DNA from: Tubulanus polymorphus
Lineage: Eukaryota > Animalia > Nemertea
Assembly: GCF_964204645.1 (NCBI RefSeq)
Contig: NC_134030.1
Coordinates: 2,584,778-2,648,777 of the forward strand
Length of the DNA stretch: 64,000 bases
Direction: 5' to 3'
Shown here: positions 1 through 12,200 of the stretch, piece by piece
Position numbering within the stretch: the stretch's first letter is position 1
How the letters are laid out: each line of letters opens with the position of its first letter
The notes under the pieces: generated by a model
Databases searched by the model: none
Told to the model about the DNA's origin: nothing
Seen by the model: the letters and a program-made list of their open reading frames with translations, nothing else
Position numbers and translations under genes: made by a program

Positions 1-1279
1 GCCATCCTCGTGATCATTTGGGCCTCATCATTGATCTATAGATTTTTTTATTGGAGGTCTCCAAGTCTCAGAGACCGATATCACGACTCAGTTGTAACTT
101 CTTAACCGCTTAATGGGTTTTTTAATCAGAACTCTTACCTTAATTTTCGGTCGCGTTCAATAAGCGTTCGACCCGTTATTCCCGTATTGAGTAAATACAG
201 CGAGTGTATTACGTTTATATGACTAGCCAGGCGCGCGAGCGACTGTCAGTATAGTTTTATACCACGACGACGCACATGCTGCTAGCTGCTGTATGTAACA
301 TACAACATCTGGTATCAGCTGTTGATTATAACTCTATACACGGCACACACACTGCGCAGCAAGTACACTGCACTGCAGTGAGGTAGAGGGAATCGGCACG
401 CGTTACCTGGTGACAGAAAAATTGTCGAGTCGATATACTACCTAGATGATGAGTCACATAGGATATCTGCCGCCCTCCAGGAGCATCTTTCATCAAGCGA
501 ATTTCATGGCCCGCGCTCGCGGGTAATCCCCATCGCCGCCTTCAACTAAATCGAAGATGGCCAGGGCTTGTACTTTCACGGAATATTACTAGGCCCAAAA
601 ATCATAATGGCTGAGCAAGTATACCAGTAGTAATCGAGATTTGGCTGTACAGTTTACGCGTTATAATTTAGAGTATGACAATTAATAAACTCAAGTGATA
701 GCCCCACTCTCGTTCACTTAAGGTGAATATCCATCATTTTATGAATGGGGAAATAGAATTCTAAAATTTTGTGTTCATTATAAATAAAAAATTTAAAAGA
801 AATAATGTATCAATTATGAAAAAAATGAATAAGTCATATAAAGTAATGATGATAATAATGTAGATAAAAAATACAAACAATAATGTAGATGAATGAAATT
901 AGTTACATTGTTTACCTTACGAGTTAAAGATAGTCGAAAAAATATCTTGTATTTTGTTGAATTTTTGTGTAGAATTTGCTTGCTTTTGTATTGATCGAAA
1001 AGGTCAATTAAATAATATATGCCAATCAAATTATTGTGAGTTTTTGATTTTTTGTTTGGAAACCAGTTTTTAGTCCAAAAATGGTTTGCTGATACGTCTT
1101 GTTCCATAAAGTCTATGCTATTATAGTTTCCACCCGTTACTTGTTGTAGATCCGTCGGTTCATGACTGCTGATGACCAAGTATATAGAAATCTGCATGCA
1201 GTTGGACCCTGTCTCCGCTCTCGGCCTGGTTCCAGCGATCCCCTCGGCCTGGTTCCTGCCTCTCAGTCAGGAGACTCTA

Positions 1280-1390
1280 GGGCCCAGTTGTGCAGTCGGG
1301 ACAAGTTCAAAAGTGGTGTTCGGTTGTAAAATTGGCTATATAACTAATTGTTGGCCTTAGACTGGTCTAAGCTCGGACTTAGCAATTGGC
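1280..1390. mobile_element. Degenerate PIF/Harbinger-like MITE, family A
   Basis: Decayed reverse-orientation match (GGGCCCAGTTG...AAAAGTGG...TTGGCTATA...TTAGACTGGTCTAAG) to the intact copy at 42840-42977. Confidence 0.55.
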
Positions 1391-1630
1391 ATTTATTATG
1401 GCTTGTTTTGGTCGATTTGACAGATCCAAAATGGCGGATTTTTGAATCGTAGTTAGGCCTGCTGTACTTCTGGCTGGTCACACTAATTAGCATCAACTGT
1501 CAACAGGCCCAGTGTAACGTGCAGTGTTGTATTGGTTTTGCCGTTGATATAATCGCATAGTCGGCGGACCAGTTAGTGGGATTATTTATTGGGTTGAAAA
1601 AAAGAAATAGATTGCAAGATTAACATGCAG

Positions 1631-1762
1631 GGGCTCCTATCAGAGTTGTAGGCAGTGTAAAAACGATCTGTTAATCCAGTGTTTATAATGAATGTAAAAT
1701 AACAGACACTGGATTAACAGATTATCGTTTTTACACTTCCTACAACTCAGTGATACGAGCCC
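1631..1762. mobile_element. Fold-back MITE with ~55-bp terminal inverted repeats
   Basis: GGGCTCCTATCAGAGTTGTAGGCAGTGTAAAAACGATCTGTTAATCCAGTGT ... ACACTGGATTAACAGATTATCGTTTTTACACTTCCTACAACTCAGTGATACGAGCCC. Confidence 0.75.
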
Positions 1763-1849
1763 CCGTGGAATAAAATACCATTAGGATCCCTGGGTGAAAC
1801 TGATTGGTCAACAGCAATGCCCACAGCCCAGTTTCATATGGTTTAACTC

Positions 1850-2890
1850 ATAAATCGATTTAATTTCATTAATTCAGTTAACCTTAAATCGATTTAGGCC
1901 GAGTTGCTATATAAAACTTAACAAATTTCAAAATCAATCATATTTATTATTTACATACAACAATTATACAAAATGCCAGGAGTGCTCGAGGAATTTTAAC
2001 TTAAGTTCCTCAAACACGCGGACTTTCAAAAACAACTAGTCCAACCACCATAGGCGTATAAACTATAAACGAGAGTTTATACATCCATGGTCCAACCATA
2101 GACTCTAAAACAAAAAAGTCTATGGCCCAACCATGGACTCTTAACTGTGAGAGTCCATGGCTCCCCGCACTAAAACCAGAGATAAACCTGGCCAAATACT
2201 CTGGAAAGCGTAGGATTAAGTAATCAATCTGATTTACATTCTTACATCATTTTATTTTCACATATAAAATTATTAACTTTTAGCTTATTTTCTCATATTC
2301 TAATATTAATTCTATTTCAATTACTATGTATGAAATTGTACTAACTTAAAACAAAGTTACATGCAAGGTATTTAGAAGTCTTTATCTACGATACATTTCC
2401 ACTACAGCTGATTTATACAATTTGCATCAATAGGAAAATAACAAAAATACACAAAGAATTATAAACTTTGATCCATAAAAAACCGAAAATTGGACTAGTC
2501 TGAAAGTCTAAGATAATGAGATCACGAGGTCAATGTAACCAACACTTTGTTATATTTCATGAAATATAGTCAACTTTTCAAATGACATTGATTGAGGACA
2601 TCTCATTTATCAAGAAAAAGCTCAACTTTATTCGATGGGACCTTAATAAATCAATGTTTTATGAACAATTGACATGAACATGTCGTTTTATCTCCACAAC
2701 AACAATTATACCTAAATGACAGGTATTCATGTACTGGAGAAAGTGTGTCAGTCATTTACAAAAACGTGACCTGTATTTCAAAAAAGTCTCCAACATAAAA
2801 ACCTTTCAACCGGAGATAAAAACCACCAATTCAATCTCGAAAGCTTAAGATAAGTTTAACAAAACAGTCTTTGATTTGATTTTCATTAAC
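1850..2890. repeat. Dispersed ~1.05-kb repeat, copy 1 (copy 2 at 47840-48890)
   Basis: Colinear direct match to 47840-48890, e.g. ATACAAAATGCCAGGAGTGCTCGAGGAATT, CTGGCCAAATACTCTGGAAAGCGTAGGATTAAG, GATACATTTCCACTACAGCTGATTTATACAATTT. Confidence 0.9.
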
Positions 2891-4365
2891 ATTATTTTAC
2901 AAGATAACTAGTTTTGCCACCTTTGCCTTGTCTTTAAGAGGTTTCAAGACATTATCAAAATTGGTTATTTTCTCAAATGTTACATTTAATGCAAAGTATT
3001 TTGGAGGTATTCTCTTCTATGTATTCAACAAGAGTATATAAATCGAGTATATAAATATTGTTCAACTGTCAATTTGAATAGAGCTAGGGCAATTACTAAT
3101 AACTAATGGCTTTGCTACAATTAAGTTAAGATTCAATTACTAACTTTTTGAGGTGCTTCTTGTGCAGATATTTCAGAACCAATATAGACATTGTTAAACC
3201 ATGCTTTTAGAGTCCATAGCTAGATTAATCTACTGATTAATACTGTTCATATATCCTCATTTATCAAAGGACTGCTGCTCTATTTTCCCTTAAGGGCCTT
3301 AATGAAAATAGTATTTTATGAACCATTGATGAGCACCACAGTATGAATGACGAAAGGTATATCATTTTATTCTTACACAACAATTATACCTCGCTAAATG
3401 AGTTATTCAAAAAACAGTTCAACATAAAACCTACAAATTCACTCACTCTGGATAGCGTAAGGTAAACTAATTAATCTTAGTTATTACAAGAAAACTAAAA
3501 ACATTGCCAAAAATTTCCTCGTCTGAGGGATTTCTTTAATTATCAACTAGCTTATTTCACTAATGTTACATTGGAAACAAAGCAGGGTCTGATTCAAGCA
3601 CTAGTCCAATTGCCCGGGACAAGTATATTTTCATTAGGGCATGTAGGTTATCACAATCACTCGTCCACCGGGCTTGTGTAATTCTATGTCTCGAAGCTTT
3701 TATCCCACTCGATGCAAGGGATGATTGTGTCACAATCGGACTGCTCATGTAGGGCAAGTTGATTTTTGAGGGGGCAAGTGATATGACATATGCTTGCCCC
3801 AAGGTCAAGTGGCATTTATTCCTTAAATAGAACCCTGCAAACTATTATAAAGGTTTTTCTTTTCGACAATTTAAGATAAATCGAGTATCTTCATATGGTT
3901 TAACTGACGAAGCTACGGTAACTTCTTAATTGTATTAGTCAACTTGATAGTAGATATAAATACAACTCTATATAAAGATCAGAAATTCTTCTTGTCCAAA
4001 TATTAGGCTAGGACAATTGACCAATAAGCACTGTATCCTCAAGTTATCAAGAAACAGCTCCTATTCTATGCTCCTGCTTTTTTTGACAGGGCCTTAATTG
4101 AATCAGTATTTTATGAACCACTGAAAAGCATGAATGATGAAAATGTACATCGTTTTATTCACCACACAACAATAATATCTTAATCGAGGAATCATCATGC
4201 AAGTTCCTAATTTACAAACATGCGTTATGTGTTACAATAGCAGTCTCCAACATAGAGCATTAAAACTAGAGATGGAACATACAGATTCACTCTGGAAATC
4301 TAAGTATCAACTAATCATTACTTTCACTAGAAAACTAGAATTTTGCCAACTTTGCCCTGACTGAT
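2600..4365. repeat. Old degenerate tandem repeat, 3 recognisable units (~2601, ~3256, ~4038)
   Basis: Recurrent CTCA..TTATCAA...GG(A/G)CCTTAAT...TTTTATGAAC...ACAACAAT...CAACATA...TTGCCA blocks. Confidence 0.7.
3583..3837. mobile_element. Non-autonomous DNA transposon (CAGGG termini, hAT-like)
   Basis: CAGGGTCTGATTCAAG / CTTAAATAGAACCCTG termini, subterminal GGGCAAG repeats, near-TSD CAAAG/CAAAC. Confidence 0.65.
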
Positions 4366-4607
4366 GTCCAAGCACCTTGGCATTAAATACTAAGTATTCT
4401 GATGTTTTTTTCTGGCAGCTTTGAAAACATCAACATAATCATACAATCGGTAACTAATCAATAACATCAGTAACTTAAGTTTATAGCTGTTTTACATTCT
4501 TTCTAAAAAGTAAAATGTATGTACATGATTTTAGATAGTAAGTCTACCCCAGTATAACAATAAACAGTCGCAGCAGTGATTGAGCGCGGCTAGTTCATAG
4601 GACGGTC

Positions 4608-4754
4608 GATCTTTCATCACAGTTATTCAAAGCATTCTATCATATCAGTTATTTTTTTAAGTGTGTTCGCTTTAGTTAAGGTTTATGGTTATTTGTTTTG
4701 TTCATTACAATAACTGAGTCCGATATAATGCTTTGAATAACAACAGAAAAGATC
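4608..4754. mobile_element. Imperfect fold-back/MITE remnant
   Basis: GATCTTT...GTTATTCAAAGCATT.TATC...TCAGTTATTT pairs with AAATAACTGA...GATATAATGCTTTGAATAAC...AAAGATC. Confidence 0.55.
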
Positions 4755-5892
4755 TCGGGTTTTCGCTATACCTAGGGAAGGTTGTTCGATAAATGAATAA
4801 CCTTGTTGATCAATATTTGAAAAAATGCCTTTTCATGTAAATAGAATATTAATTTTTTGTTTGTTTCTAATGTTGTTTATTATTTTTATCTATTTTTTGA
4901 TATTATATATTTATGTATGTACTTGTATTTTGTATTATTTACTACTTATTATTTATTGGTTTTTTTTTAAATTTATTCTTATATTAATTTATGTACTTGT
5001 AGTTTGTATTATGTATTATATATACTCCTCTATTTACAACTGCAGGCATTTTTTCACTGTAAAGTTTCTGGGCCCATTTTAGAAAAGCACTACCGATTCA
5101 CTGCCACTCCTTAATAATCATTATACACCCAATTTGAAGCTAAGTGATTATTCACGAGAGCCATCTCGTGATATGGATTTACCCATTACAATAAAAGAGG
5201 TTCAAACAGCTATAAACGATGTTAAAACGTTCAAAATTAGTCCTAGAAATAACTTTATGCCTTGTTATTCCTAGCTTTACCTCTCAAATGTAAATAATGG
5301 TCTCCTCTCAAATAAAGCTTTTGATTTCAAATACGTAGCTATGATCATCAAACAGATTGATGGAGGCTCAAAGTTAAAACTCGATGTTAAAATCGACATA
5401 CACGATTCAATTGTGAAATCAGTTACATGGGCCTTCGAAAATATAAATCCATCAAATAAATACATCTACAATTCAGCAAATACTTAATATTTGTACATCA
5501 ACACTGGCCTAACGTTATGTTCTGTTTCCTAACTATGTGATATCTACACGGACAAATAGCCATAGTTGACTATGTTTAACTATGGTAAAGTTTAAAGATT
5601 AAACTCACCATATCATGTTGAAACTATATCTCAGTTTAGGAGTTAACTCAACAGACCTGCAGCCCAAACAAGGCGATCGACGCGACCATTTACCCCTAGC
5701 GACTAACCTAACTTGACTTCTCTATCAACCAAGGATCGAATACCAATATCGTGAATTAATGGAGCTTAGCTTTTATTAGACTCTCACATTGCATTAAACA
5801 TTATAAAATAATTTCCTTTAAAACACTATATCAGACTGGTTTGAAAAAGGGTGATAAGTAAAACAATCAATACTTTACAACAGAAGTCCGTC

Positions 5893-6092
5893 CGCTATTG
5901 TTTTTGCCGCTCCTGGATCTCAGTGTTTATAAGATGCACTATTGTTTTTACTGCTCCTAATAAGATACACTATTGTCTTTGCTGCTTTTAAAACAGTGCT
6001 TATCCTGAATCAGTGTTTATGAGATAATCCATTAGCTTTGTCGCTCGAATCAGTGTTTATAAGATTCACTATAGTCTCTGCTGCGCCTGATA
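5893..6092. repeat. Degenerate ~43-bp tandem repeat (~5 units)
   Basis: Repeated CTATTGTTTTTGC(C/T)GCTCCT...TCAGTGTTTATAAGAT(G/A/T)CA. Confidence 0.75.
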
Positions 6093-6227
6093 AAATATTT
6101 TATAGAAATCAACCACCGTTTGTAGAAGAATCCATCGTTGAGTGAGTAATCCGTTGCTGGTTCCTCAACTTCTCATCTGGGCTTCTGCAGTTTTCATCAG
6201 CAAATGGGTCAATCAGTATTCATCTAC

Positions 6228-9200
6228 TTGTAGATTTTCTGATGAGTAGTTGATCTCAAGCTGAGTTTTTTCTCATAGTTGATATTTAGCTGCAATGATT
6301 AAAAGAAGATATTCTGTAATGACAAAATAGTTCAATAAGAATTAATCGTAACAATTTCATGTATATCAAGTTACCTTTTATGATTGCCTGGTCGTTATCG
6401 GCGTGGATCATCTAAAGTTTGTACGTTAATGAGTTCGATTCTGTTGGCCCCATCTGTGCGCTGTTTAAGTTGGTCGATTTTGGACGAGTAGTTGTTCTCA
6501 AGCTGGGTTTTTTCTCATAGTTGAAATTTGGCTGCAATGATTAAAAGAAGATATCCTTTAATAACAAAATATTTCAATAAGAATTAATTGAAATAATTCC
6601 ATGTACATCAAGTTACCTTTTATGATGGATGGTTTCATAATCGGCGATTATCTTATTAGTTGACTGGTTAATGAGTTCGATCCTAGTTGGCTGTGCACCG
6701 TTCAAGTTGGTTGATTTTAGATGAGTAGTTGTTCTCAAACTGGGTTTTTTCGCATAGTTGAAATTTAGCTGCAATGATCAAAAGAAGATATCCCGTTATG
6801 ACAAAATATTTCAATAAGAATTAATCGAAATAATTCCATGTATATCAAGTTACCTTTTATGATGGCTGGTTTCATTATCGGCGATTATCTTATTTGTTGA
6901 TTGGTTCATGAGTTCGATCCTAGTTGGCTGTGCACCGTTCAAGTTGGTTGATTTTAGATGAGTAGTTGTTCTCAAACTGGGTTTTTTTCGCATAGTTGAA
7001 ATTTAGCTGCAATGATCAAAAGAAGATATCCTTTAATGACAAAATATTTCAATAAGAATTAATCGTAATAATTTCATGTATATCAAGTTACCTTTTATGA
7101 TTGCTGGGTTCGTTATCGGCAATTATCTTATTAGTTGGTTGGTAAATGAGTTCGATTCTGTTGGCCTCATCTGTTTGCTGTACCAGTTTGTAGATCTTGG
7201 ACTAGTAGTTGTTCTCAAGCTGGGTTTCTTCTTAGAGTTGAAACTAAGCTGCAATGATTAAAAGAAGATATTCTGTAATGACCAAATATTTCAATAAGAA
7301 TTAATCGTAATAATTTCATGTAAGTCAAGTTACCTTTTATGATTGCTTGGTTCGTTATTGGTGCGGATCATCTAAAGTCGGTGGGTAAATGAGTTCGATT
7401 CTGTTGGCCTCATCTGTGCGCTGTTCAAGTTGGTCAATTTTTGACTAGTAGTTGATCTCAAGCTGGGTTTTTTCTTATTGTTGAAATTTAGCTGCAATGA
7501 TTAAAAGAAGATATCCTGTAATGACAAAATATTTCAAAAAGAATTAATCATAATACTTTCATGTATATCAAGTTACCTTTTATGATGGCTGGTTTCATTA
7601 TCGGCGATAATCTTATTAGTTGATTGGGCGATCTTGGGCGAGTAGTTGTTCTCAAGCTGGGTTTTTTCTCATAGGTGAAATTTAGCTGCAATGATTAAAA
7701 GAAGATATCCTTTAATAACAAAATATTTCAATAAGAATTAATCGTAATAATTTCATGTAAGTCAAGTTACCTTTTATGATTGCTGGGTTCGTTATTGGTG
7801 CGGATCATCTAAAGTCGGTGGGTAAATGAGTTCGATTCTGTTGGCCTCATCTGTGCTCTGTTCAAGTTGGTCGATTTTGGACTAGTAGTTGATCTCAAGC
7901 TGGGTTTTTTCTTATAGTTGAAATTTAGCTGCAATGATCAAAAGAAGATATCCCGTTATGACAAAATATTTCAATAAGAATTAATCGAAATAATTCCATG
8001 TATATCAAGTTACCTTTTATGATGGCTGGTTTCATTATTGGCGATTATCTTATTAGTTGATTGGGCGATTTTGGGCGAGTAGTTGATCTCAAGCTGGGTT
8101 TTTTCGCATAGTTGAAATTTAGCTGCAATGATCAAAAGAAGATATCCTTTAATAACAAAATATTTCAATAAGAATTAATCGAAATAATTCCATGTATATC
8201 AAGTTACCTTTTATGATGGCTGGTTTCATTATTGGCGATTATCTTATTAGTTGATTGGGCGATTTTGGGCGAGTAGTTGATCTCAAGCTGGGTTTTTTCT
8301 CATAGTTGAAATTTAGCTGCAATGATCAAAAGAAGATATCCTTTAATAACAAAATATTTCAATAAGAATTAATCGTAATAATTTCATGTATATCAAGTTA
8401 CCTTTTATGATTGCTGGGTTCGTTATCGGCAATTATCTTATTAGTTGGTTGGTAAATGAGTTCGATTCTGTTGGCCTCATCTGTTTGCTGTACCAGTTTG
8501 TAGATTTTGGACTAGTAGTTGATCTCAAGCTGGGTTTTTTCTTATAGTTGAAATTTAGCTGCAATGATCAAAAGAAGATATCCTGTAATGACAAAATATT
8601 TCAATAAGAATTAATCGTAATACTTTCATGTATATCAAGTTACCTTTTATGATGGCTGGTTTCATTATTGGCGATTATCTTATTAGTTGATTGGGCGATT
8701 TTGGGCAAGTAGTTGATCTCAAGCTGGGTTTTTTCTCATAGTTGAAATTTAGCTGCAATGATCAAAAGAAGATATCCTTTAATGACAAAATATTTCAATA
8801 AGAATTAATCGAAATAATTCCATGTACATCAAGTTACCTTTTATGATGGATGGTTTCATAATCGGCGATTATCTTATTAGTTGGTTGGTTAATGAGTTCG
8901 ATTCTGTTGGCCTCATCTGTTTGCTGTACCAGTTTGTAGATTTTGGACTAGTAGTTGATCTCAAGCTGGGTTTTTTCTTATAGTTGAAATTTAGCTGCAA
9001 TGATCAAAAGAAGATATCCTGTAATGACAAAATATTTCAATAAGAATTAATCGTAATACTTTCATGTATATCAAGTTACCTTTTATGATGGCTGGTTTCA
9101 TTATTGGCGATTATCTTATTAGTTGATTGGGCGATTTTGGGCAAGTAGTTGTTCTCAAGCTGGGTTTTTTCTCATAGTTGAAATTTAGCTGCAATGATCA

Positions 9201-12200
9201 AAAGAAGATATCCTTTAATAACAAAATATTTCAATAAGAATTAATCGTAATAATTTCATGTAAGTCAAGTTACCTTTTATGATTGCTGGGTTCGTTATTG
9301 GTGCGGATCATCTAAAGTCGGTGGGTAAATGAGTTCGATTCTGTTGGCCTCATCTGTGCTCTGTTCAAGTTGGTCGATTTTGGACGAGTAGTTGATCTCA
9401 AGCTGGGTTTTTTCTTATAGTTGAAATTTAGCTGCAATGATCAAAAGAAGATATCCCGTTATGACAAAATATTTCAATAAGAATTAATCGAAATAATTCC
9501 ATGTATCAAGTTACCTTTTATGATGGCTGGTTTCATTATTGGCGATTATCTTATTAGTTGATTGGGCGATTTTGGGCGAGTAGTTGATCTCAAGCTGGGT
9601 TTTTTCTCATAGTTGAAATTTAGCTGCAATGATCAAAAGAAGATATCCTTTAATAACAAAATATTTCAATAAGAATTAATCGTAATAATTTCATGTATAT
9701 CAAGTTACCTTTTATGATTGCTGGGTTCGTTATCGGCAATTATCTTATTAGTTGGTTGGTAAATGAGTTCGATTCTGTTGGCCTCATCTGTTTGCTGTAC
9801 CAGTTTGTAGATTTTGGACTAGTAGTTGATCTCAAGCTGGGTTTTTTCTTATAGTTGAAATTTAGCTGCAATGATCAAAAGAACATATCCTGTAATGACA
9901 AAATATTTCAATAAGAATTAATCGTAATACTTTCATGTATATCAAGTTACCTTTTATGATGGCTGGTTTCATTATTGGCGATTATCTTATTAGTTGATTG
10001 GGCGATTTTGGGCAAGTAGTTGTTCTCAAGCTGGGTTTTTTCTCATAGTTGAAATTTAGCTGCAATGATCAAAAGAAGATATCCTTTAATAACAAAATAT
10101 TTCAATAAGAATTAATCGTAATAATTTCATGTAAGTCAAGTTACCTTTTATGATTGCTGGGTTCGTTATTGGTGCGGATCATCTAAAGTCGGTGGGTAAA
10201 TGAGTTCGATTCTGTTGGCCTCATCTGTGCTCTGTTCAAGTTGGTCGATTTTGGACGAGTAGTTAATCTCAAGCTGGGTTTTTTCTTATAGTTGAAATTT
10301 AGCTGCAATGATCAAAAGAAGATATCCCGTTATGACAAAATATTTCAATAAGAATTAATCGAAATAATTCCATGTATATCAAGTTACCTTTTATGATGGC
10401 TGGTTTCATTATCGGCGATTATCTTATTTGTTGATTGGTTCATGAGTTCGATCCTAGTTGGCTGCGCACCGTTCAAGTTGGTTGATTTTAGATGAGTAGT
10501 TGTTCTCAAACTGGGTTTTTTTCGCATAGTTGAAATTTAGCTGCAATGATCAAAAGAAGATATCCTTTAATGACAAAATATTTCAATAAGAATTAATCGT
10601 AATAATTTCATGTATATCAAGTTACCTTTTATGATTGCTGGGTTCGTTATTGGTGCGTCTCATCTAAAGTCGGTGGGTAAATGAGTTCGATTCTGTTGGC
10701 CTCATCTGTTTGCTGTACCAGTTTGTAGATTTTGGACTAGTAGTTGATCTCAAGCTGGGTTTCTTCTTATAGTTGAAATTTAGCTGCAATGATTAAAAGA
10801 AGATATCCTGTAATGACAAAATATTTCAATAAGAATTAATCGTAATAATTTCATGTATATCAAGTTACCTTTTATGATTGCTGGGTTCGTTATCGGCAAT
10901 TATCTTATTAGTTGGTTGGTAAATGAGTTCGATTCTGTTGGCCTCATCTGTTTGCTGTACCAGTTTGTAGATTTTGGACTAGTAGTTGATCTCAAGCTGG
11001 GTTTTTTCTTATAGTTGAAATTTAGCTGCAATGATCAAAAGAAGATATCCTGTAATGACAAAATATTTCAATAAGAATTAATCGTAATACTTTCATGTAT
11101 ATCAAGTTACCTTTTATGATGGCTGGTTTCATTATTGGCGATTATCTTATTAGTTGATTGGGCGATTTTGGGCAAGTAGTTGTTCTCAAGCTGGGTTTTT
11201 TCTCATAGTTAAAATTTAGCTGCAATGATCAAAAGAAGATATCCTTTAATGACAAAATATTTCAATAAGAATTAATCGAAATAATTCCATGTACATCAAG
11301 TTACCTTTTATGATGGATGGTCTCATAATCGGCGATTATCTTATTAGTTGGTTGGTTAATGAGTTCGATTCTGTTGGCCTCATCTGTTTGCTGTACCAGT
11401 TTGTAGATTTTGGACGAGTAGTTGATCTCAAACTGGGTTTCTTCTTAGAGTTGAAATTAAGCTGCAATGATTAAAAGAAGATATTCTGTAATGACCAAAT
11501 ATTTCAATAAGAATTAATCGTAATAATTTCATGTAAGTCAAGTTACCTTTTATGATTGCTGGGTTCGTTATTGGTGCGTCTCATCTAAAGTCGGTGGGTA
11601 AATGAGTTCGATTCTGTTGGCCTCATCTGTGCTCTGTTCAAGTTGGTCGATTTTGGACGAGTAGTTGATCTCAAGCTGGGTTTTTTCTTATAGTTGAAAT
11701 TTAGCTGCAATGATCAAAAGAACATATCCCGTTATGACAAAATATTTCAATAAGAATTAATCGAAATAATTCCATGTATATCAAGTTACCTTTTATGATG
11801 GCTGGTTTCATTATTGGCGATTATCTTATTAGTTGATAGGGCGATTTTGGGCGAGTAGTTGATCTCAAGCTGGGTTTTTTCTCATAGTTGAAATTTAGCT
11901 GCAATGATCAAAAGAAGATATCCTTTAATAACAAAATATTTCAATAAGAATTAATCGTAATAATTTCATGTATATCAAGTTACCTTTTATGACTGCTGGG
12001 TTCGTTATCGGCAATTATCTTATTAGTTGGTTGGTAAATGAGTTCGATTCTGTTGGCCTCATCTGTTTGCTGTACCAGTTTGTAGATTTTGGACTAGTAG
12101 TTGATCTCAAGCTGGGTTTTTTCTTATAGTTGAAATTTAGCTGCAATGATCAAAAGAAGATATCCTGTAATGACAAAATATTTCAATAAGAATTAATCGT

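Noticed and set aside
407-493. Possible minus-strand first exon MKDAPGGRQISYVTHHLGSISTRQFFCHQ ending at CAG|GTAACG
   Set aside because: Only 29 codons, no recognisable homology, and the rest would lie outside the window; unsupported
814-1197. 127-aa minus-strand ORF
   Set aside because: No recognisable motif; the C-terminal part is AT-rich low complexity; cannot be linked to other exons
4825-5082. Hydrophobic 85-aa ORF
   Set aside because: T-rich low-complexity DNA gives spurious F/I/L/Y runs
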